Below, in pieces: positions 62,415-64,000 of a stretch of 64,000 bases of DNA (the first letter of the stretch is position 1; every line of letters begins with the position of its first letter). The position numbers and the translations under genes are program-made. Below the pieces are notes generated by a model that was not told the origin of the DNA, searched no databases, and was given only the letters and a program-made list of their open reading frames with translations. This DNA comes from Haliotis cracherodii (lineage: Eukaryota): assembly GCF_022045235.1 (NCBI RefSeq), contig NW_027266297.1, positions 53,258,001 to 53,322,000 of the forward strand. The letters run 5' to 3'.

Positions 62415-62530
62415 ACATCTGGGATGCAAAGGGTGTGATCCTTGTTGATTGCTTAGAGAGTCAAAAGACGATTACTGGTGCCTACTATGCTGATTTGCTG
62501 CATCACCTGAGAGATTCTTTCAAAGAAAAT
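62415..62530 (+). mobile_element. Mariner transposase relic
   Basis: IWDAKGVILVDCLESQKTITGAYYADLLHHLRDSFKE matches the mariner catalytic-domain segment FWDxxGxxxxxxLxxGxTIxxxYY. Confidence 0.8.
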
Positions 62531-62824
62531 GGGTTTTTCAGGGTGGCATCAGAAAAATCCTTCCTGACTGGACATGAAAAACTTGACAAACTACACAATA
62601 TATTTATTCCAAGACGAATGCAAGTTACAAAAGTATGAATGTTCAGTATTTCAGCCACACAGGTGGTTGCGCGTGGGTTTGTGTCAAGTGCTCAAAAATC
62701 AGGGGAAATTAGGGAACGTTGATCACGGAGAGTAGTTGGAGGAGTGGCAGCAAGACTCCTGGTTGTTTCTAGGGCTTCCATCCTGCCCCACTCTGAAGCA
62801 CATGTAGCAGATGCAGCACATGTA

Positions 62825-62960
62825 GAGTTTCCTCAGGCAAGTGACATATCCGTCCGAAATATGCCATTGTTCACCCAGCAGTGAATGGGTATCCGGTTAG
62901 ATAAGATGGTGATGTGACGCTTAACCTTCTTTCCCCTCTCAGGCAGCTTTGGTTGTGTGT
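62825..62960 (+). mobile_element. Possible CORE-type SINE relic
   Basis: cctcaggcaagtgac...tgccattgttcacccagcagtgaatgggta resembles the CORE domain; recognition only. Confidence 0.4.
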
Positions 62961-63224
62961 AATGTCAGGACAATTTGTGTTTTGCACTGCACTTAATCTT
63001 ACAGGGAAACGTCCCTTGCTACGAGCGAGAATAAATCTATATAAGACTATATACAAGCATAACGTAATCAGCTATCCGTTCTTGTAAGCCAACAAAAAGC
63101 AACATTTCTATTACACAAAAATGTGTCACACTACTTGGAAGCTATATTTGTATGTAAATATTCTGAGGCTTACGGTGTTATTTAGAGCCATTTAGAATGT
63201 ACAATTAATGGATTTGGCCCATTC

Positions 63225-63425
63225 ATAGTATGCAGGTGAAGTTCGTAACAGTCGTAACATGTAGGTGAAAGTAAGTAACATTCGTAGTATGTAGGTGAAA
63301 GTTAGTAACATTCGTAGCATGTAGGTCAACGTTAGTAACATTTGTAGCATGTGGGTGAAAGTTAGTCACATTCGTAGCATGTAGGTGGAAGTTAGTAACA
63401 TTCGTAGCATGTAGGTGGAAGTAAC
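63225..63425. repeat. 30-bp tandem repeat, about 7 copies
   Basis: Unit GTTAGTAACATTCGTAGCATGTAGGTGAAA, starting at 63301, 63331, 63361 and 63391. Confidence 0.92.
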
Positions 63426-64000
63426 GTGCATATGGTATGAACTTCCATCGATTTTAGCCTGCGATATTATAATGATTATATATCCTTTAGGTTTATATCG
63501 ATAATACTTCCGTGAAATCAGCAGAGTCATACTCCTCACTACGTGTGTCTGTACCTGTACAGTATTTGCAATCCTTGTTTCCCAGTAGAGCACAAAAATC
63601 TAACCGATTGTCTCTTTATAAATGTCTGAATTGGTATATGGGCAGAACTGTTCTGTTCATACAAGAAAGAGTATCAAATTCACCACACTTTAGCCTCCTT
63701 AACATGCTCCAGTTCATAGTTTCAAATTAGCAATTGACTTCCCCAGCCTCCCGATACTGGATCCAGGTCCATGGTTTGAATACCAAGCATTCCAGTTCCC
63801 TCGGGGGCAAAACGTTGACTAATTCACGAGGAACATTCACCCCGTGTTTGGTCGATTTCAGGTCTTCTTTGAATGCTACAATAACCCATTAAGTCCCCCC
63901 TTTCCACAACGTCGTCTCTCTGCGGTTGGCTGTAATTGGTGGATTCAGGTTCAGACAGCGGGTCAGCGTCAGTTATATCCCAATATCTATGAGCGTTACT

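Overview
AT-rich animal genomic DNA with spliceosomal introns and two assembly gaps. It is probably molluscan; the SINE families with (ACTC)n tails look gastropod/abalone-like to me (recognition only, unverified). The window is a tandem cluster of ten related cell-surface receptor genes, here called R1-R10 (seven on +, three on -), built by hand from GT/AG sites and reading-frame checks. The common plan is signal-peptide exon(s), then one large phase-1/phase-1 exon holding the whole array of 8-Cys EGF-like repeats (MEGF10/Draper/SCARF-like), then a variable C-terminal module. R2 and R6 have a TM plus a long tail with ITIM-like motifs. R7 has a TM with an N-terminal Arg and a short Tyr-free tail. 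R4, R5, R8, R10 (and perhaps R1) end in GPI-signal-like hydrophobic termini. R9 is a Tyr-rich pseudogene. R3 is an intact paralog of R2 that has lost the entire EGF exon, leaving a ~15-aa ectodomain with a Cys, a Glu at the TM start and an ITAM-like YxxV-x8-YxxV, which resembles a FcR-gamma/CD3-zeta/DAP12-type adaptor. The EGF exons also show patchwork near-identity suggestive of gene conversion. Together this suggests an EGF-based paired immune-receptor complex with its own adaptor; that interpretation is inference and untested. Intergenic and intronic DNA holds several SINE families, two dead Tc1 elements, LINE and mariner relics, MITEs and four tandem repeats.
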